Shown here: positions 52,482 through 63,845 of the stretch, piece after piece
Layout of the letters: each line of letters opens with the position of its first letter
How positions within the stretch are numbered: the first letter of the stretch is position 1
Source: Clostridium sp. CAG:354_28_25
GTDB taxonomy: Bacteria; Bacillota; Clostridia; TANB77; CAG-508
Assembly (NCBI GenBank): GCA_001915925.1
Contig: MNRL01000017.1
Location: forward strand, 2,780-66,779
Direction: 5' to 3'
DNA length: 64,000 nt
Notes under the pieces: generated by a model
Seen by the model: the letters and a program-made list of their open reading frames with translations, nothing else
Database searches by the model: none
Told to the model about the DNA's origin: nothing
Translations under genes and position numbers: made by a program

Positions 52482-53252
52482 TTACACTATAGTCAAGATT
52501 TTTGGCTCTTTTTCTGTAATTAAAATTGTATTTTCATAGTGTGCTGCTCTTGTTCCATCTTCTGTTATAATTCCCCAGCCATCATCTAGTTCTAAAATGT
52601 TTGGTTTTCCTGCAATTACCATAGGTTCAATTGCTAATGTCATTCCTGGTTCTAACCTAGGACCTCTACCTGCTTTCCCGTAATTTGGAATTCCTGGATC
52701 TTCGTGCATTTCTCTTCCTATACCATGTCCTTGAAACTCTCTTACTACTGAAAAACCATTTTTTTCTACATATTCACCTATTGCATGTGATATGTCACCT
52801 AGTCTATTACCTTTTTTAGCATATTTAATTCCCTCAAAGAAAGCTTGTTTTGTTACATCTATTAGTCTTTGGCTTGCTTTATCTATTTTGCCAACTGCAT
52901 ATGTTCTACAGCAATCTCCATTAAATCCGTCTTTATATGCTACTAAATCTACACTTACAATATCTCCTTCTTTTAGGACTTCTCTTTTAGAAGGGATTCC
53001 ATGAATTACTACATCATTTACAGAACTACAAATACTTGCTGGAAAATCTGGAACTCCATCTACTCCACTTGGATATCCTTTTTCTGCAGGGATTGCTCCG
53101 TACTTTCTCATTGTCTCTTCTGCAATCTTGTCTAATTCATAAGTTGTAATTCCTGGTTTTATTGCTGCTTCTATAGCTTTTTGTGCAAAAAATGCAACTC
53201 TACAAGCTTCTTTCATTTTTTCTATTTCTTTTGGAGATTTTATATATATCAT
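52482..53252 (-). CDS. map: type I methionine aminopeptidase
   Basis: 256 aa with metal-binding residues in a pita-bread fold (DIVSVD, HGIGREMHE). Confidence 0.92.
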   Translation of the reverse strand: MIYIKSPKEIEKMKEACRVAFFAQKAIEAAIKPGITTYELDKIAEETMRKYGAIPAEKGYPSGVDGVPDFPASICSSVNDVVIHGIPSKREVLKEGDIVSVDLVAYKDGFNGDCCRTYAVGKIDKASQRLIDVTKQAFFEGIKYAKKGNRLGDISHAIGEYVEKNGFSVVREFQGHGIGREMHEDPGIPNYGKAGRGPRLEPGMTLAIEPMVIAGKPNILELDDGWGIITEDGTRAAHYENTILITEKEPKILTIV

Positions 53253-53265
53253 TTATATTACTTCC

Positions 53266-53931
53266 TTACCTATTTTCATTATAGTTTTTTAACCATTCAC
53301 TTATCATTTCTTCTGTTATATTTACACTTGCATGTAATTTTACTTTATAAAGTAATCCTTTTTCTTCATAATATTCTATAAGTTCCCTTGATTGTTCATG
53401 ATATACTCTTAATCTTTCTGTTATAGTTTCTTCATTATCATCTTTTCTTTGAATTAATTTGCTTCCACAAATATCACATATTCCTTCTACTTTTGGTTTC
53501 TTATATTCTAGATTATATATTGCTCCACAATCTTTGTTTGAGCAAATTCTTCTCTTTACAGTTCTATATATTATATCTTCATCTGGAATATCTAAAAATA
53601 AAGCTAAATCTACTTTTTGATTTTGTTCTTCTAGCATTTCTTCTAGTGCTTCTGCTTGTTTTTTATTTCTTGGAAATCCATCAAATACTACACCATTTGA
53701 ATCTTTAAATTGATTTATCTTTCCTTTTAACATATTAATTGTTATTTCATCTGGTACTAAATTTCCTTTATCAATATATTCTTGTGCTTTTTTTCCTAAT
53801 TCTGTTGCATTTTTTATTTCTTCTCTAAACATATCTCCTGTTGCAATATGCCCCATATTTTGTGTCTGTTCAAATAAATTTGATACTGTTCCTTTACCAC
53901 TACCTGGTCCACCTAATAAAACAATATTCAT
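53266..53931 (-). CDS. adk: adenylate kinase (with Cys4 zinc lid)
   Basis: Starts MNIVLLGGPGSGKGT. The lid carries CSNKDC...CDICGS. ATG 53931 has a correctly spaced RBS GGAG, whereas the GTG at 53940 does not. Confidence 0.93.
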   Translation of the reverse strand: MNIVLLGGPGSGKGTVSNLFEQTQNMGHIATGDMFREEIKNATELGKKAQEYIDKGNLVPDEITINMLKGKINQFKDSNGVVFDGFPRNKKQAEALEEMLEEQNQKVDLALFLDIPDEDIIYRTVKRRICSNKDCGAIYNLEYKKPKVEGICDICGSKLIQRKDDNEETITERLRVYHEQSRELIEYYEEKGLLYKVKLHASVNITEEMISEWLKNYNENR

Positions 53932-54079
53932 TCTCTTCACTCCTATCTTTTCTTATGCAAATATTATTTTTTAAATATATATTTTGCAGTATATATTTAA
54001 AAAATAATATTCAACTAGTAAATTAATTGCATGGGCACGACCAAGGTTAGTCCAGAGTCGTACCCTGATACAATAAATT

Positions 54080-55402
54080 TTATTCTAAGAATCCCTTGTA
54101 ATGTCTCATTACTAATTGTGATTCTAATTGTTGAACTGTTTCTAATGCAACACCAACTATGATAAGTATAGATGTTCCTCCAAATGCTACATTTAGATTT
54201 GTAAATCTCATAAACATTGGAAGTATAGCTATAAGTGCTAAGAATAAACCACCAAACAATGTTAATTTTGTAAGCACTGATGATAGATATTCTGTAGTTG
54301 GTTTTCCAGCTCTTATTCCTGGAATGAATCCACCATTTTTCTTAATATTTGCAGAAACCTCTGCTGGGTTAAATGTTGCATATATATAGAAGAATGTGAA
54401 TCCTACTATTAATAGTAAATAAACTATCGCATTTGCTATTGTATACCCAAGAGCTACATTTGAACTAGAAGTAGCTAATGAGAAATTATATATTACATTC
54501 CAAAATCCTGTATGTGTTGCAATACTTGGATCAAATATTTGAATTATCATTGCTGGGAATGTCATAAATGATGATGCAAATATTATTGGCATAACTCCAG
54601 CCATTGCTATTTTTAATGGAATATATGTATTTTGCGCACCCATCATTTTTCTTCCAACAACTTTTTTAGCATATTGTACAGGTATTCTTCTTTCAGCTTG
54701 TTGTATAAATACAACTGCTGTAACTAAAATTAAAGCTCCTATTACAATAGCTAATGCTACTAATAATCCAGTTGTGCTAAATCCTGATTCTGTCATTATT
54801 AAAGACCAAATTGAACTTACTGCACTTGGTAATCTAGATACAATACCTATAAAGATAATCATAGAAACTCCATTACCAATTCCTTTATTAGTAATTTGGT
54901 CACCAAGCCACATAAGCAATGCTGTACCAGCCATAAGTCCTGTTACAACTAATACTCCTGATAATATTCCTGAATCTACGAATATTCCTTGTGCTTGATA
55001 AGACAAATATAATCCAATTCCTTCTATTAATGCAAGCACAATAGAAAGTGCTTTTGTATATTTATCTACTTTTTGCCTTCCAACTTCTCCACCTTCTTTT
55101 GCTAATCTCTCTAAAGAAGGTATAATCATTGTTAATAGTTGGATAACAATTGAAGCTGTAATATATGGTGTTACTGACATAGCAAATATTGAGAAATTAG
55201 AAAATGCTCCACCAGAGATTATATCTATTAATCCTACTAATCCATTAGTAGTTGAACCTCTCATAGCTTCTAATTGTACCATATCTACGCCAGGAACAGT
55301 TATAAAACATCCTAATCTAAACACTATAATCAATACTAATGTATATAATAATCTTTTTCTTACTTCAGGTGTCTTTAATGCATTTTTTATAGTTTTAAAC
55401 AA
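54080..55402 (-). CDS. secY: preprotein translocase subunit SecY
   Basis: 440 aa with 10 TM and conserved SecY motifs. Confidence 0.95.
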   Translation of the reverse strand: MFKTIKNALKTPEVRKRLLYTLVLIIVFRLGCFITVPGVDMVQLEAMRGSTTNGLVGLIDIISGGAFSNFSIFAMSVTPYITASIVIQLLTMIIPSLERLAKEGGEVGRQKVDKYTKALSIVLALIEGIGLYLSYQAQGIFVDSGILSGVLVVTGLMAGTALLMWLGDQITNKGIGNGVSMIIFIGIVSRLPSAVSSIWSLIMTESGFSTTGLLVALAIVIGALILVTAVVFIQQAERRIPVQYAKKVVGRKMMGAQNTYIPLKIAMAGVMPIIFASSFMTFPAMIIQIFDPSIATHTGFWNVIYNFSLATSSSNVALGYTIANAIVYLLLIVGFTFFYIYATFNPAEVSANIKKNGGFIPGIRAGKPTTEYLSSVLTKLTLFGGLFLALIAILPMFMRFTNLNVAFGGTSILIIVGVALETVQQLESQLVMRHYKGFLE

Positions 55403-55837
55403 CTAAATCACCTCAATCTTTCCTCCTGCTGCTTCTATTTTTTCTGCAGCTGCTTTTGTAAATCTCTTAGCTTTAACAGTTAATTTTTTCTCTAATTTTC
55501 CTGTAGCTATTACTACTATTCCATCATTAATTTTTCCGATAATTCCTTCTGCTAATAAGCTTTCTGCTGTAACTTCTGCAACTTGACTTTTATTTAACAT
55601 TGTTAAAGTTACTTCTGTATAGTTTTTAGCATGGATATTATTGAATCCTCTTTTTGGAAGTCTTCTATATAAAGGTGTTTGACCTCCTTCGAATCCTCTT
55701 CTTACTCCTCCGCCAGATCTAGCTTTTTGTCCTTTATGTCCTTTTCCAGATGTTTTTCCAAGACCTGAACCGATACCACGACCTAATCTTTTTCTCTTAA
55801 TTCTAACGTTTGATGGTCCTAATTCTCCTAATTGCAT
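55403..55837 (-). CDS. rplO: 50S ribosomal protein L15
   Basis: 144 aa, Gly/Arg-rich N-terminus. Confidence 0.93.
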   Translation of the reverse strand: MQLGELGPSNVRIKRKRLGRGIGSGLGKTSGKGHKGQKARSGGGVRRGFEGGQTPLYRRLPKRGFNNIHAKNYTEVTLTMLNKSQVAEVTAESLLAEGIIGKINDGIVVIATGKLEKKLTVKAKRFTKAAAEKIEAAGGKIEVI

Positions 55838-55874
55838 TTCGTAAATTGCACCTCCTTAAAATTTGATATTATTA

Positions 55875-56366
55875 TTATAATATATCAGAAACTTTTTTTC
55901 CTCTTTTTTTAGCAATTTGTTCTACTGTTCTCATATTTTCTAATCCGTTCATTGTTGCATACACAACATTTCTTGGATTGTTTGTACCAAGAACTTTAGT
56001 TTTTATATCTTTGTATCCAGCTAATTCAAGTACTGCTCTTGCACTTCCTCCTGCAATAACTCCAGAACCTTCTACAGCTGGTTTTAACATTACTCTTGCA
56101 CTTCCGAATTTACCAATAAATTCGTGAGGGATTGTTGTTCCAACTACTGGTACTTCTTTTAAATTTTTTCTAGCATCATCTATTGCTTTCTTTATTGCAT
56201 CAGGTACTTCTGCTGCCTTTCCATTTCCAACACCAACGTGTCCGTTTCCATCACCAACAACTACTAAAGCACTAAATCTAAAAGTTCTACCACCTTTAAC
56301 AACTTTAGCAACTCTGTTTATTGCAACAACTTTCTCTTTTAATTCAACTGCATTCTCTTCTTGCAT
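55875..56366 (-). CDS. rpsE: 30S ribosomal protein S5
   Basis: 163 aa, ...[32 protein letters not shown]... Confidence 0.95.
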   Translation of the reverse strand: MQEENAVELKEKVVAINRVAKVVKGGRTFRFSALVVVGDGNGHVGVGNGKAAEVPDAIKKAIDDARKNLKEVPVVGTTIPHEFIGKFGSARVMLKPAVEGSGVIAGGSARAVLELAGYKDIKTKVLGTNNPRNVVYATMNGLENMRTVEQIAKKRGKKVSDIL

Positions 56367-56427
56367 CGGTTTTCTTTCCTCCTTTTCTTTTTGAATATAA
56401 CTTAATATATTTAACAGTTTTTATTTA

Positions 56428-56787
56428 TTAGAAGTTTAATCCACCATTTCTTGCAGCCTCTGCTAATTCTTTAACAACTCCATGATAGATATATCCACCT
56501 CTATCAAAAACAACATCTTTAATATTTTTTTCTAATGCTCTTTTTGCTATAAGTGCTCCAACTTCTTTTGCTGCTTCTTTGTTTGCATATTTAGTTTTTA
56601 CTTCTTTATCTAATGTAGAAGCTGAAACTAAAGTTTTTCCTGCAACATCATCAATTACTTGTACATATAAATTTGTATTACTTCTATATACACATAATCT
56701 TGGACGTTCAGCTGTTCCACTTATTTTTCTACGAACACGAGCATGTCTTCTTGCTCTTTCCATTTTTCTGTTTGTTTTTGTAATCAC
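56428..56787 (-). CDS. rplR: 50S ribosomal protein L18
   Basis: 119 aa. Confidence 0.93.
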   Translation of the reverse strand: MITKTNRKMERARRHARVRRKISGTAERPRLCVYRSNTNLYVQVIDDVAGKTLVSASTLDKEVKTKYANKEAAKEVGALIAKRALEKNIKDVVFDRGGYIYHGVVKELAEAARNGGLNF

Positions 56788-56816
56788 TTTGCTCTCTCCT
56801 TTCTATAAACTATAGT

Positions 56817-57356
56817 TTATTTTTTACCAGCTTTACCTTCTTTACGTCTGATAACTTCATAATCATATTTAATACCTTTTCCACCATAAACTTCAGGTGC
56901 TCTTTTAGATCTGATAACTGCTGCTGTTTGACCAACTAATTCTTTGTCGATTCCTTTTACGATAATTGTATTTGCATCTGGAACGTCAAATGTGATTCCT
57001 TCTGGAGCTTCGAATATTACTGGGTGTGAATAACCTAATGTTAAGTTTAAGTTATTTCCTTGTTTTTGTACTCTATATCCAACACCATTAATTTGTAATG
57101 TTCTTGTAAATTCGTGTTTTACTCCTTCTATCATGTTTTTAATTAAAGTTCTTGTTAAACCATGTAAACCTTTGTTAAAGTTTTCATCATCTGGTCTTGT
57201 AACTTTAACTTCATTATCTTCTATTGTAACAGTGATATTTTTATGAATATCTCTTTCTAATGTACCTTTTGGTCCTTTTACAGTTAAATGTTGTCCGTCT
57301 AGTTTTACTTCAACACCTTCTGGTATTGCAACAGGTGCATTTCCTATTCTTGACAT
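56817..57356 (-). CDS. rplF: 50S ribosomal protein L6
   Basis: 179 aa, MSRIGNAPVAIPEGVEV... Confidence 0.95.
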   Translation of the reverse strand: MSRIGNAPVAIPEGVEVKLDGQHLTVKGPKGTLERDIHKNITVTIEDNEVKVTRPDDENFNKGLHGLTRTLIKNMIEGVKHEFTRTLQINGVGYRVQKQGNNLNLTLGYSHPVIFEAPEGITFDVPDANTIIVKGIDKELVGQTAAVIRSKRAPEVYGGKGIKYDYEVIRRKEGKAGKK

Positions 57357-57455
57357 TTCGTTTTTCCCTCCTTCTTGTATTTATAGGATTACAATGCGCT
57401 TCTTCGCATTGTATACTGAATTTGTAACAGGCTAAAGCCTTAACAAGTTCAGCAA

Positions 57456-57854
57456 TTACCAAATATATGCTAAAACTTCTCCTCCAAGATTTTCTTTTCT
57501 TGCTTCTTTATCTGTTTTAATTCCTTTTGATGTAGAAATTAAAGCGATTCCTAAACCATTTAAAACTTTTGGTAATTTTTCTGCAGAAGCATATACTCTT
57601 AATCCTGGTTTACTTATTCTTTTAATTCCAGCTATTACTTTAGCTCCATTTTCATCATATTTTAAAGCTATTCTTAATATTCCTTGATTTTCGTTTGCTA
57701 TTTCTTCAACAGATTTAATATATCCTTCATTATATAATATATCTGCTATTGCTTTTTTCATCTTTGAAGCAGGAACGTCAACTGTTTTATGCTTTGCAGC
57801 ACTTGCATTTCTAATTCTTGTTAACATATCTGCTATTGGATCTGTAGTATTCAC
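57456..57854 (-). CDS. rpsH: 30S ribosomal protein S8
   Basis: 132 aa, [17 protein letters not shown]... Confidence 0.95.
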   Translation of the reverse strand: MNTTDPIADMLTRIRNASAAKHKTVDVPASKMKKAIADILYNEGYIKSVEEIANENQGILRIALKYDENGAKVIAGIKRISKPGLRVYASAEKLPKVLNGLGIALISTSKGIKTDKEARKENLGGEVLAYIW

Positions 57855-57878
57855 TTAAGTTTCCCTCCTTTTTATATT

Positions 57879-58064
57879 CTACCAGCTTGCTTTTTTAACA
57901 CCTGGGATTTCTCCTTTATGTGCTAAATTTCTAAAGCAAACACGGCAAATTCCATATTTTCTAATATATCCATGTGGTCTTCCACATATTTTACATCTAT
58001 TATATTCTCTAGTAGCATATTTTTGTGGTCTTTGTTGTTTTACTTTTAAAGATTTTTTAGCCAT
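57879..58064 (-). CDS. rpsZ: 30S ribosomal protein S14, type Z (zinc-binding)
   Basis: 61 aa with [22 protein letters not shown]. Confidence 0.93.
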   Translation of the reverse strand: MAKKSLKVKQQRPQKYATREYNRCKICGRPHGYIRKYGICRVCFRNLAHKGEIPGVKKASW

Positions 58065-58084
58065 ATTAATCTCCTTTCTTTGGA

Positions 58085-58624
58085 CTAATTTTTGAATGGC
58101 ATACCTAGAAGTTTTAATAATTCCTTTCCTTCTTCATCAGTTTTTGCTGTTGTAACAAAAATAATATCCATTCCTCTTAATTTATCTACTTTATCATATT
58201 CTATTTCTGGGAATATTAATTGTTCTTTAATACCCATAGAGAAATTTCCTCTACCATCAAAAGAATTTGCTGAAATTCCTCTGAAATCTCTTATTCTTGG
58301 CATAGCAACATTGAATAATTTGTATGCGAAATCATACATTTTTCCTCTTCTTAATGTTACTTTACATCCAACATTAACTCCCTCTCTTAATTTAAAAGCA
58401 GCTATTGATTTTCTTGCTTTTGTTACGATTGGTTTTTGTCCTGTTATTATAGCTAAATCATTCATTGCATTATCTAATGATTTTGGATTATCTTTAATAT
58501 CTCCAAGACCAATATTTATAACGATTTTATCTAATTTTGGAACTTCCATTATTGATTTATAATTGAATTTTTTCATCATTGCTGGAACTACTTCTTTTTC
58601 ATATTGTTCTCTTAATTTTTCCAT
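58085..58624 (-). CDS. rplE: 50S ribosomal protein L5
   Basis: 179 aa. Confidence 0.95.
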   Translation of the reverse strand: MEKLREQYEKEVVPAMMKKFNYKSIMEVPKLDKIVINIGLGDIKDNPKSLDNAMNDLAIITGQKPIVTKARKSIAAFKLREGVNVGCKVTLRRGKMYDFAYKLFNVAMPRIRDFRGISANSFDGRGNFSMGIKEQLIFPEIEYDKVDKLRGMDIIFVTTAKTDEEGKELLKLLGMPFKN

Positions 58625-58652
58625 TAGGATACAAATCCTCCTTTCTTAAACA

Positions 58653-58961
58653 TTATTTTATTTCTGCATTACATTTTTTACATACACGAACTTTACTATC
58701 TTTTTCTACTTTGTATGCAATTCTTGTTACTTTTCCACATTTAGGGCAAACTACACCAACTTTACTACTATGTATTGGGTATTCAGCTGGTATAATTCCT
58801 CCTTCTTCACCTTGTCTTCTTGGTTTTACATGTTTTTTTCTGATATTAACTCCTTTAACAACTATTTTTTGTGTTTTTGGAATTACTTCTAATACTTCTC
58901 CTGTTTTACCTTTATCGTTTCCAGATAAAACTTTAACTGTATCACCTTTTTTTATTCTCAT
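58653..58961 (-). CDS. rplX: 50S ribosomal protein L24 (variant with CxxC...CxxC motif)
   Basis: MRIKKGDTVKVLSGNDKGKTGEVLEV... is the KOW domain. The C-terminal region contains CPKCGK and CKKC. Confidence 0.9.
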   Translation of the reverse strand: MRIKKGDTVKVLSGNDKGKTGEVLEVIPKTQKIVVKGVNIRKKHVKPRRQGEEGGIIPAEYPIHSSKVGVVCPKCGKVTRIAYKVEKDSKVRVCKKCNAEIK

Positions 58962-59144
58962 TATAGGATTCTCCTCCTTTTCTACAATTTTTGCTTTTAT
59001 CTCATTATGTTTAATAATTAGCTCAGTTTTATTAAAAGATTCTTAGTTATATTTTTTCTAAGGTTTACAAAAAATCACTATGTGATTTTTGCATCTTTAA
59101 GCTGTAACATTAAAAAATATCTTCGATATTTTTTAATTAACAAC

Positions 59145-59513
59145 TTAAAGAACTTCTGGAGCTAATGATAAAATTTTCATATAGCTTTTATCTCTTAATT
59201 CTCTTGCAACAGGCCCAAATATACGTGTTCCTCTTGGGTTTCCATCTTCTTTTATAAGTACTGCTGCATTTTCATCAAATCTTACATATGATCCGTCTGT
59301 TCTTTTTGTAGGTTTCTTTGTTCTAACTACAACTGCTTTAACAACATCACCTTTTTTTACTTGTCCTCCAGGTATTGCTGTCTTTACAGAAGCTACTATA
59401 ACATCACCTATTTTAGCATATTTTCTATATGAACCACCTAAACATCTAATACACATAATTTCTCTTGCACCAGTGTTATCAGCAACTTTTAATATAGTTT
59501 GTTGTTGTACCAT
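59145..59513 (-). CDS. rplN: 50S ribosomal protein L14
   Basis: 122 aa, [23 protein letters not shown]... Confidence 0.95.
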   Translation of the reverse strand: MVQQQTILKVADNTGAREIMCIRCLGGSYRKYAKIGDVIVASVKTAIPGGQVKKGDVVKAVVVRTKKPTKRTDGSYVRFDENAAVLIKEDGNPRGTRIFGPVARELRDKSYMKILSLAPEVL

Positions 59514-59547
59514 GTTAATTAGTACCTCCTTTTCCTTCTATAATAAG

Positions 59548-59811
59548 TTATTTTATAACTGCTTTTTCGATAACTTCAACTAATCTCCATCTTTTATCTT
59601 TAGAAAGTGGTCTAGTTTCCATTACTCTTACTCTATCTCCAATTTGACATTCGTTATTTTCATCATGTGCTTTTAATTTATATGTTTTCTTAACGAATTT
59701 TCCATATTTTTTATGTTTTTCACTAGTTTCAACTGCAACAACGATTGTTTTATCCATTTTATTAGATACAACTGTTCCAACTAAAACTTTACGAAGATTT
59801 CTTTCTTCCAT
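59548..59811 (-). CDS. rpsQ: 30S ribosomal protein S17
   Basis: 87 aa. Confidence 0.93.
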   Translation of the reverse strand: MEERNLRKVLVGTVVSNKMDKTIVVAVETSEKHKKYGKFVKKTYKLKAHDENNECQIGDRVRVMETRPLSKDKRWRLVEVIEKAVIK

Positions 59812-59826
59812 TAGAACTTCTCCTTT

Positions 59827-60033
59827 CTAAGCATTTTTGCTTTCAGCTATTTTTCTTTCTGTTAAAACTGTATTTATTCTTGCTATGTCTTTTCTTACTT
59901 CTTTTATTCTCATTGGATTATCTAATCCATGTGTAGCTAAACTAAATCTTAATTTGAATAATTCTGTTTTTAATTCAGATAATTCTTTTTCTAGTTCTGG
60001 TGAAGACATTTCCTTAATTTTACTAATCTTCAT
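59827..60033 (-). CDS. rpmC: 50S ribosomal protein L29
   Basis: ATG 60033 ([18 protein letters not shown]...) has RBS AAGGTGG. The track start at 60042 is a GTG with no spacing to the RBS. Confidence 0.9.
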   Translation of the reverse strand: MKISKIKEMSSPELEKELSELKTELFKLRFSLATHGLDNPMRIKEVRKDIARINTVLTERKIAESKNA

Positions 60034-60466
60034 TGCTATCACCCACCTTATCTTCAGATTCTCTTGCCACGAATTTACATTTTACTGATAATTTATTCAT
60101 AGCTAGTCTTAAAGCTTCTCTTGCTGTTGCTTCAGGAACTCCAGCTATTTCGAACATAACTCTTCCTGGTTTTACTGGAGCTACATAATATTCTACAGCA
60201 CCTTTACCTTTACCACCACGAGTTCCGGCTGGTTTACTTGTAATAGGTTTGTCTGGGAATATTTTTATCCAAACTTTTCCACCTCTTTTGATATAACGTG
60301 TCATAGCAATACGTGCTGCTTCTATTTGATTTCCTGTTATTAATCCAGCTTCTAATGTTTGAATTCCATATTCTCCGTTTGTTACTTTTGTTCCTCTTGT
60401 TGCTTTTCCTCTATTTCTACCTTTTTGTTGTTTTCTGTATTTTGTTCTTTTTGGCATTAATGGCAT
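60023..60466 (-). CDS. rplP: 50S ribosomal protein L16
   Basis: The start ATG overlaps the rpsC TAA (TAATG). RBS AGGAGGAG. Confidence 0.95.
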   Translation of the reverse strand: MPLMPKRTKYRKQQKGRNRGKATRGTKVTNGEYGIQTLEAGLITGNQIEAARIAMTRYIKRGGKVWIKIFPDKPITSKPAGTRGGKGKGAVEYYVAPVKPGRVMFEIAGVPEATAREALRLAMNKLSVKCKFVARESEDKVGDSNED

Positions 60467-61125
60467 TATTGCTCTCCTCCTTCCACGTTTTTCTTAGTTG
60501 GAAGAACTTCTCCTTTATAAATCCAAACTTTTACACCAACTTTTCCATATGTTGTATCTGCTTCTGCAAATCCATAGTCAATGTCAGCTCTTAAAGTTTG
60601 AAGTGGTATAGTACCATCTTTGTAGAACTCTGTTCTAGCCATGTCAGCTCCACCTAATCTTCCAGAGCATGCTGTTTTGATTCCTTGAGCTCCTGCTCTC
60701 ATTGTTTTTTGCATACATTGTTTCATAGCTCTTCTGAATGAAATTCTTCTCTCTAATTGTCCTGCAATATTTTCTGCAACTAATTGCGCATCTAAATCTA
60801 CATTTTTAACTTCAACTATATTTAAGTTTACAGTTTTTCCTATCATTTTTTGTAATTCTTCTTTTAATGTTTCAACTAAATTTCCACCTTTACCGATAAC
60901 TAAACCTGGTTTAGCTGTGTAAACGCTTACTTTAACAAATTTAGCTGTTCTTTCTATTTCAATTTTAGAAATTCCACTTGCATATAATTTTTTCTTTAAT
61001 ACTTTACGAATGTTGTAATCTTCTACAAGGTAATCGCCAAAGTTTTTAGAATCAGCATACCATTTTGAATCCCAGTTTTTGATTACTCCAACTCTTACAC
61101 CATGTGGATTAACTTTTTGTCCCAT
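60466..61125 (-). CDS. rpsC: 30S ribosomal protein S3
   Basis: Start at [13 protein letters not shown] (the track ORF extends 10 codons further upstream). Contains a KH domain. Confidence 0.95.
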   Translation of the reverse strand: MGQKVNPHGVRVGVIKNWDSKWYADSKNFGDYLVEDYNIRKVLKKKLYASGISKIEIERTAKFVKVSVYTAKPGLVIGKGGNLVETLKEELQKMIGKTVNLNIVEVKNVDLDAQLVAENIAGQLERRISFRRAMKQCMQKTMRAGAQGIKTACSGRLGGADMARTEFYKDGTIPLQTLRADIDYGFAEADTTYGKVGVKVWIYKGEVLPTKKNVEGGEQ

Positions 61126-61144
61126 TTCTAAAATTCCTCCTCTC

Positions 61145-61504
61145 TTAATCTTCACATTCTCTTAATACTATTGTTATATGTGTTGTTCTTTTTCTAATTC
61201 TTACTGCTGAACCTTTTGCAGCTGGTCTAATTCTTTTTAGAGTTGGACCTTGGTTCGCATAGATTTCAGATATATATAATTTTTCATGACTCATATCATG
61301 ATTATTTTCTGCATTTGCAATTGCTGATTTTAATAACTTTTCTAGTATTGGTGATGATGCTTTAGGTGTAAATTTCATTATAGCTAATGCTTCATCAACA
61401 TTTTTACCTCTTACTAAATCTGCAACAATTTTAACTTTTCTAGCTGATATTCTAGCAAATTTTAATTGTGCTCTTGCTTCTTTAATTGCTTCTTGCTCTT
61501 GCAT
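61145..61504 (-). CDS. rplV: 50S ribosomal protein L22
   Basis: 119 aa. Confidence 0.93.
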   Translation of the reverse strand: MQEQEAIKEARAQLKFARISARKVKIVADLVRGKNVDEALAIMKFTPKASSPILEKLLKSAIANAENNHDMSHEKLYISEIYANQGPTLKRIRPAAKGSAVRIRKRTTHITIVLRECED

Positions 61505-61523
61505 TATTTTCCCTCCTTGTTAT

Positions 61524-61805
61524 TTATTTCTTAACTGTAGATTTCTTATCTCCAGCGTGACCTTTAAAAGTTCTTGTAGGAGCGAATTCTCCTAATTTAT
61601 GACCTATCATTTCTTCTGTTAAATAAACAGGTACATGTTTTCTACCATCATGAACTGCTATTGTATGTCCAACCATTTGAGGATATATAGTAGAAGCTCT
61701 TGACCATGTTTTTAATACTTCTTTTTTTCCTGTTTCATTCATTTCTTCTATTCTCTTTAGAAGTTTTTCTTGTACATAAGGTTTCTTTTTGCTTGATCTT
61801 GACAT
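61524..61805 (-). CDS. rpsS: 30S ribosomal protein S19
   Basis: 93 aa, [23 protein letters not shown]... Confidence 0.95.
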   Translation of the reverse strand: MSRSSKKKPYVQEKLLKRIEEMNETGKKEVLKTWSRASTIYPQMVGHTIAVHDGRKHVPVYLTEEMIGHKLGEFAPTRTFKGHAGDKKSTVKK

Positions 61806-61828
61806 TTATTTATTTCCCTCCTTTAAGA

Positions 61829-62656
61829 CTATTTTCTTCTCTTAACTATGAATTTATTTGATAATTTCTTTTTATTTCTTGTCTTGTATCCAAGTGCTGG
61901 TTTACCCCAAGGTGTTAATGGTCCTGCGTGTCCTACTGGTGCTCTACCTTCACCACCACCATGTGGGTGATCTACTGGGTTCATAACAGATCCTCTAACT
62001 TGTGGTCTCCATCCCATGTGTCTCTTTCTACCAGCTTTACCAATTTTAATTGTATCATGTTCAGCATTTCCAACTGTTCCAATTGTAGCTCTACATCTTG
62101 TTAAGATTAATCTCATTTCTCCTGAAGGAAGTCTTACGTGTGCATATTTACCTTCTTTTGCCATAAGTTGTGCTTCTTGACCAGCACTTCTTACTAATTT
62201 TCCACCTTGTCCTGGATTTAATTCTATATTGTGAATCATTGTACCTACTGGTATAGATTCGATTGGCATACAGTTACCTGGTTTGATATCTACTTTAGCT
62301 CCAGATACAACTTTGTCTCCATCTTTTAATCCTAAAGGTGCTAAGATATATGCTTTTGTTCCATCTTCATATTGAATTAAAGCTATATTTGCACTTCTGT
62401 TTGGATCATATTCGATTCCTATAACTGTTGCTGTCATATCGTCTTTTATACGTTTAAAATCTATTATTCTATATTTTTGTCTGTTTCCTCCACCTTGATG
62501 TCTAACAGTAATTCTACCATATGAGTTTCTTCCTGCTTTTTCTTTTTTCTTTGCTAATAAAGATTTTTCTGGTGTCTTTTTTGTTATTTCATCAAATGCA
62601 GAAACTGTCATGTTTCTTCTTGATGGTGTATATGCTTTAAATCTTTTAACTGCCAT
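61829..62656 (-). CDS. rplB: 50S ribosomal protein L2
   Basis: 275 aa, ...[16 protein letters not shown]... Confidence 0.97.
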   Translation of the reverse strand: MAVKRFKAYTPSRRNMTVSAFDEITKKTPEKSLLAKKKEKAGRNSYGRITVRHQGGGNRQKYRIIDFKRIKDDMTATVIGIEYDPNRSANIALIQYEDGTKAYILAPLGLKDGDKVVSGAKVDIKPGNCMPIESIPVGTMIHNIELNPGQGGKLVRSAGQEAQLMAKEGKYAHVRLPSGEMRLILTRCRATIGTVGNAEHDTIKIGKAGRKRHMGWRPQVRGSVMNPVDHPHGGGEGRAPVGHAGPLTPWGKPALGYKTRNKKKLSNKFIVKRRK

Positions 62657-62846
62657 TTTAAATTTTCCTTTCTTAATTTATATTTGTAGATTTTTTCCTG
62701 CTCTACATACAGATATTCTTTATTATCCTGGTGCTTTCCAGATAGTTTTCTTTTGATTGTAATCTATATAACTTACTTGAACATACTCTCTCTTCGTTCG
62801 ATTATAAAGTTATCTGTAGCTCACTTCGTTTCGCACAGCTAACTTT

Positions 62847-63194
62847 TTAAGCTCCCATAAATTCATCAATAGAATCTTTATATTTCTTAGATATTTTTGC
62901 TTGTTTTCCACCTTTTGCTAAATATGTTTTTTGTTCTGGATTTGTATCTATTGTAACAATAGCTTTTTTCCAGTCAGATGTTTTTCCAACATATCTTCCC
63001 ATTCTTTTTTGTTTTCCACTTACATTCATAGTATTAACTTTTAATACTTTAACTTCGAAAAGTTTTTCAACAGCATTTTTAATATCTATTTTTGTAGCTT
63101 TTGGATTTACTTCAAAGGTATACTTTCCTTCATTTAGTCCATCATTACTTTTTTCAGTAATGATTGGAGCAATTATTATTTCTTCTGGTCTCAT
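62847..63194 (-). CDS. rplW: 50S ribosomal protein L23
   Basis: 115 aa. Confidence 0.9.
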   Translation of the reverse strand: MRPEEIIIAPIITEKSNDGLNEGKYTFEVNPKATKIDIKNAVEKLFEVKVLKVNTMNVSGKQKRMGRYVGKTSDWKKAIVTIDTNPEQKTYLAKGGKQAKISKKYKDSIDEFMGA

Positions 63195-63817
63195 TATGCG
63201 TACACCTCCTCTAATTTCTTAACAGCATCTAGAGTTACAACTAGTTTATTATATTTTAATAAATCATAAACATTTATTGTATTTACTAATGTTGTTTTTA
63301 CATTTTTGATGTTTCTTGCTGATTTTTGAACGTTTTCATTTCTTTCTGGTAATAAGATTAGTGTTTTTCCTTCTACTTTTAAGTTTGCTAAAGTTTTAAC
63401 CATAGCTTGTGTTTTTATTTCTTTCATTTCTGCTTTGTCTAAAACAACTAAATTGTTTTCTAAAACTTTTGAACTTAATACTGAACGTATTGCTAATCTT
63501 CTTTCTTTTTTATTAACAGTATATTTGTATGAACGAGGTCTTGGTCCTAATGCTATTCCACCTTTTACCCATTGTGGTGCTCTTATAGAACCTTGTCTTG
63601 CTCTACCTGTTCCTTTTTGTCTCCATGGTTTTCTACCACCACCAGATACTTCTGATCTTGTTTTTGTACTTTGTGTTCCTTGTCTTTGGTTAGCTAAGTA
63701 ATTGACTAATACACTATGTACTACTGCTTCATTTGGTTCAATTCCAAATACATTATCGTTTAATTCTACATCGCTAACTTTTTTACCTTCCATATTATAT
63801 ACATCTATTTTAGGCAT
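63194..63817 (-). CDS. rplD: 50S ribosomal protein L4
   Basis: 207 aa. RBS GGAAGGGAGGAAAAG precedes the ATG. Confidence 0.95.
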   Translation of the reverse strand: MPKIDVYNMEGKKVSDVELNDNVFGIEPNEAVVHSVLVNYLANQRQGTQSTKTRSEVSGGGRKPWRQKGTGRARQGSIRAPQWVKGGIALGPRPRSYKYTVNKKERRLAIRSVLSSKVLENNLVVLDKAEMKEIKTQAMVKTLANLKVEGKTLILLPERNENVQKSARNIKNVKTTLVNTINVYDLLKYNKLVVTLDAVKKLEEVYA

Positions 63818-63845
63818 TGTACTTTTCCTCCCTTCCTATTTACAT

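Noticed and set aside
54031-54065. GGGCACGAC...GTCGTACCC stem-loop between secY and adk
   Set aside because: It is probably the ordinary intra-operon attenuator or stability hairpin found between secY and adk. It lacks a U tract and has nothing distinctive.
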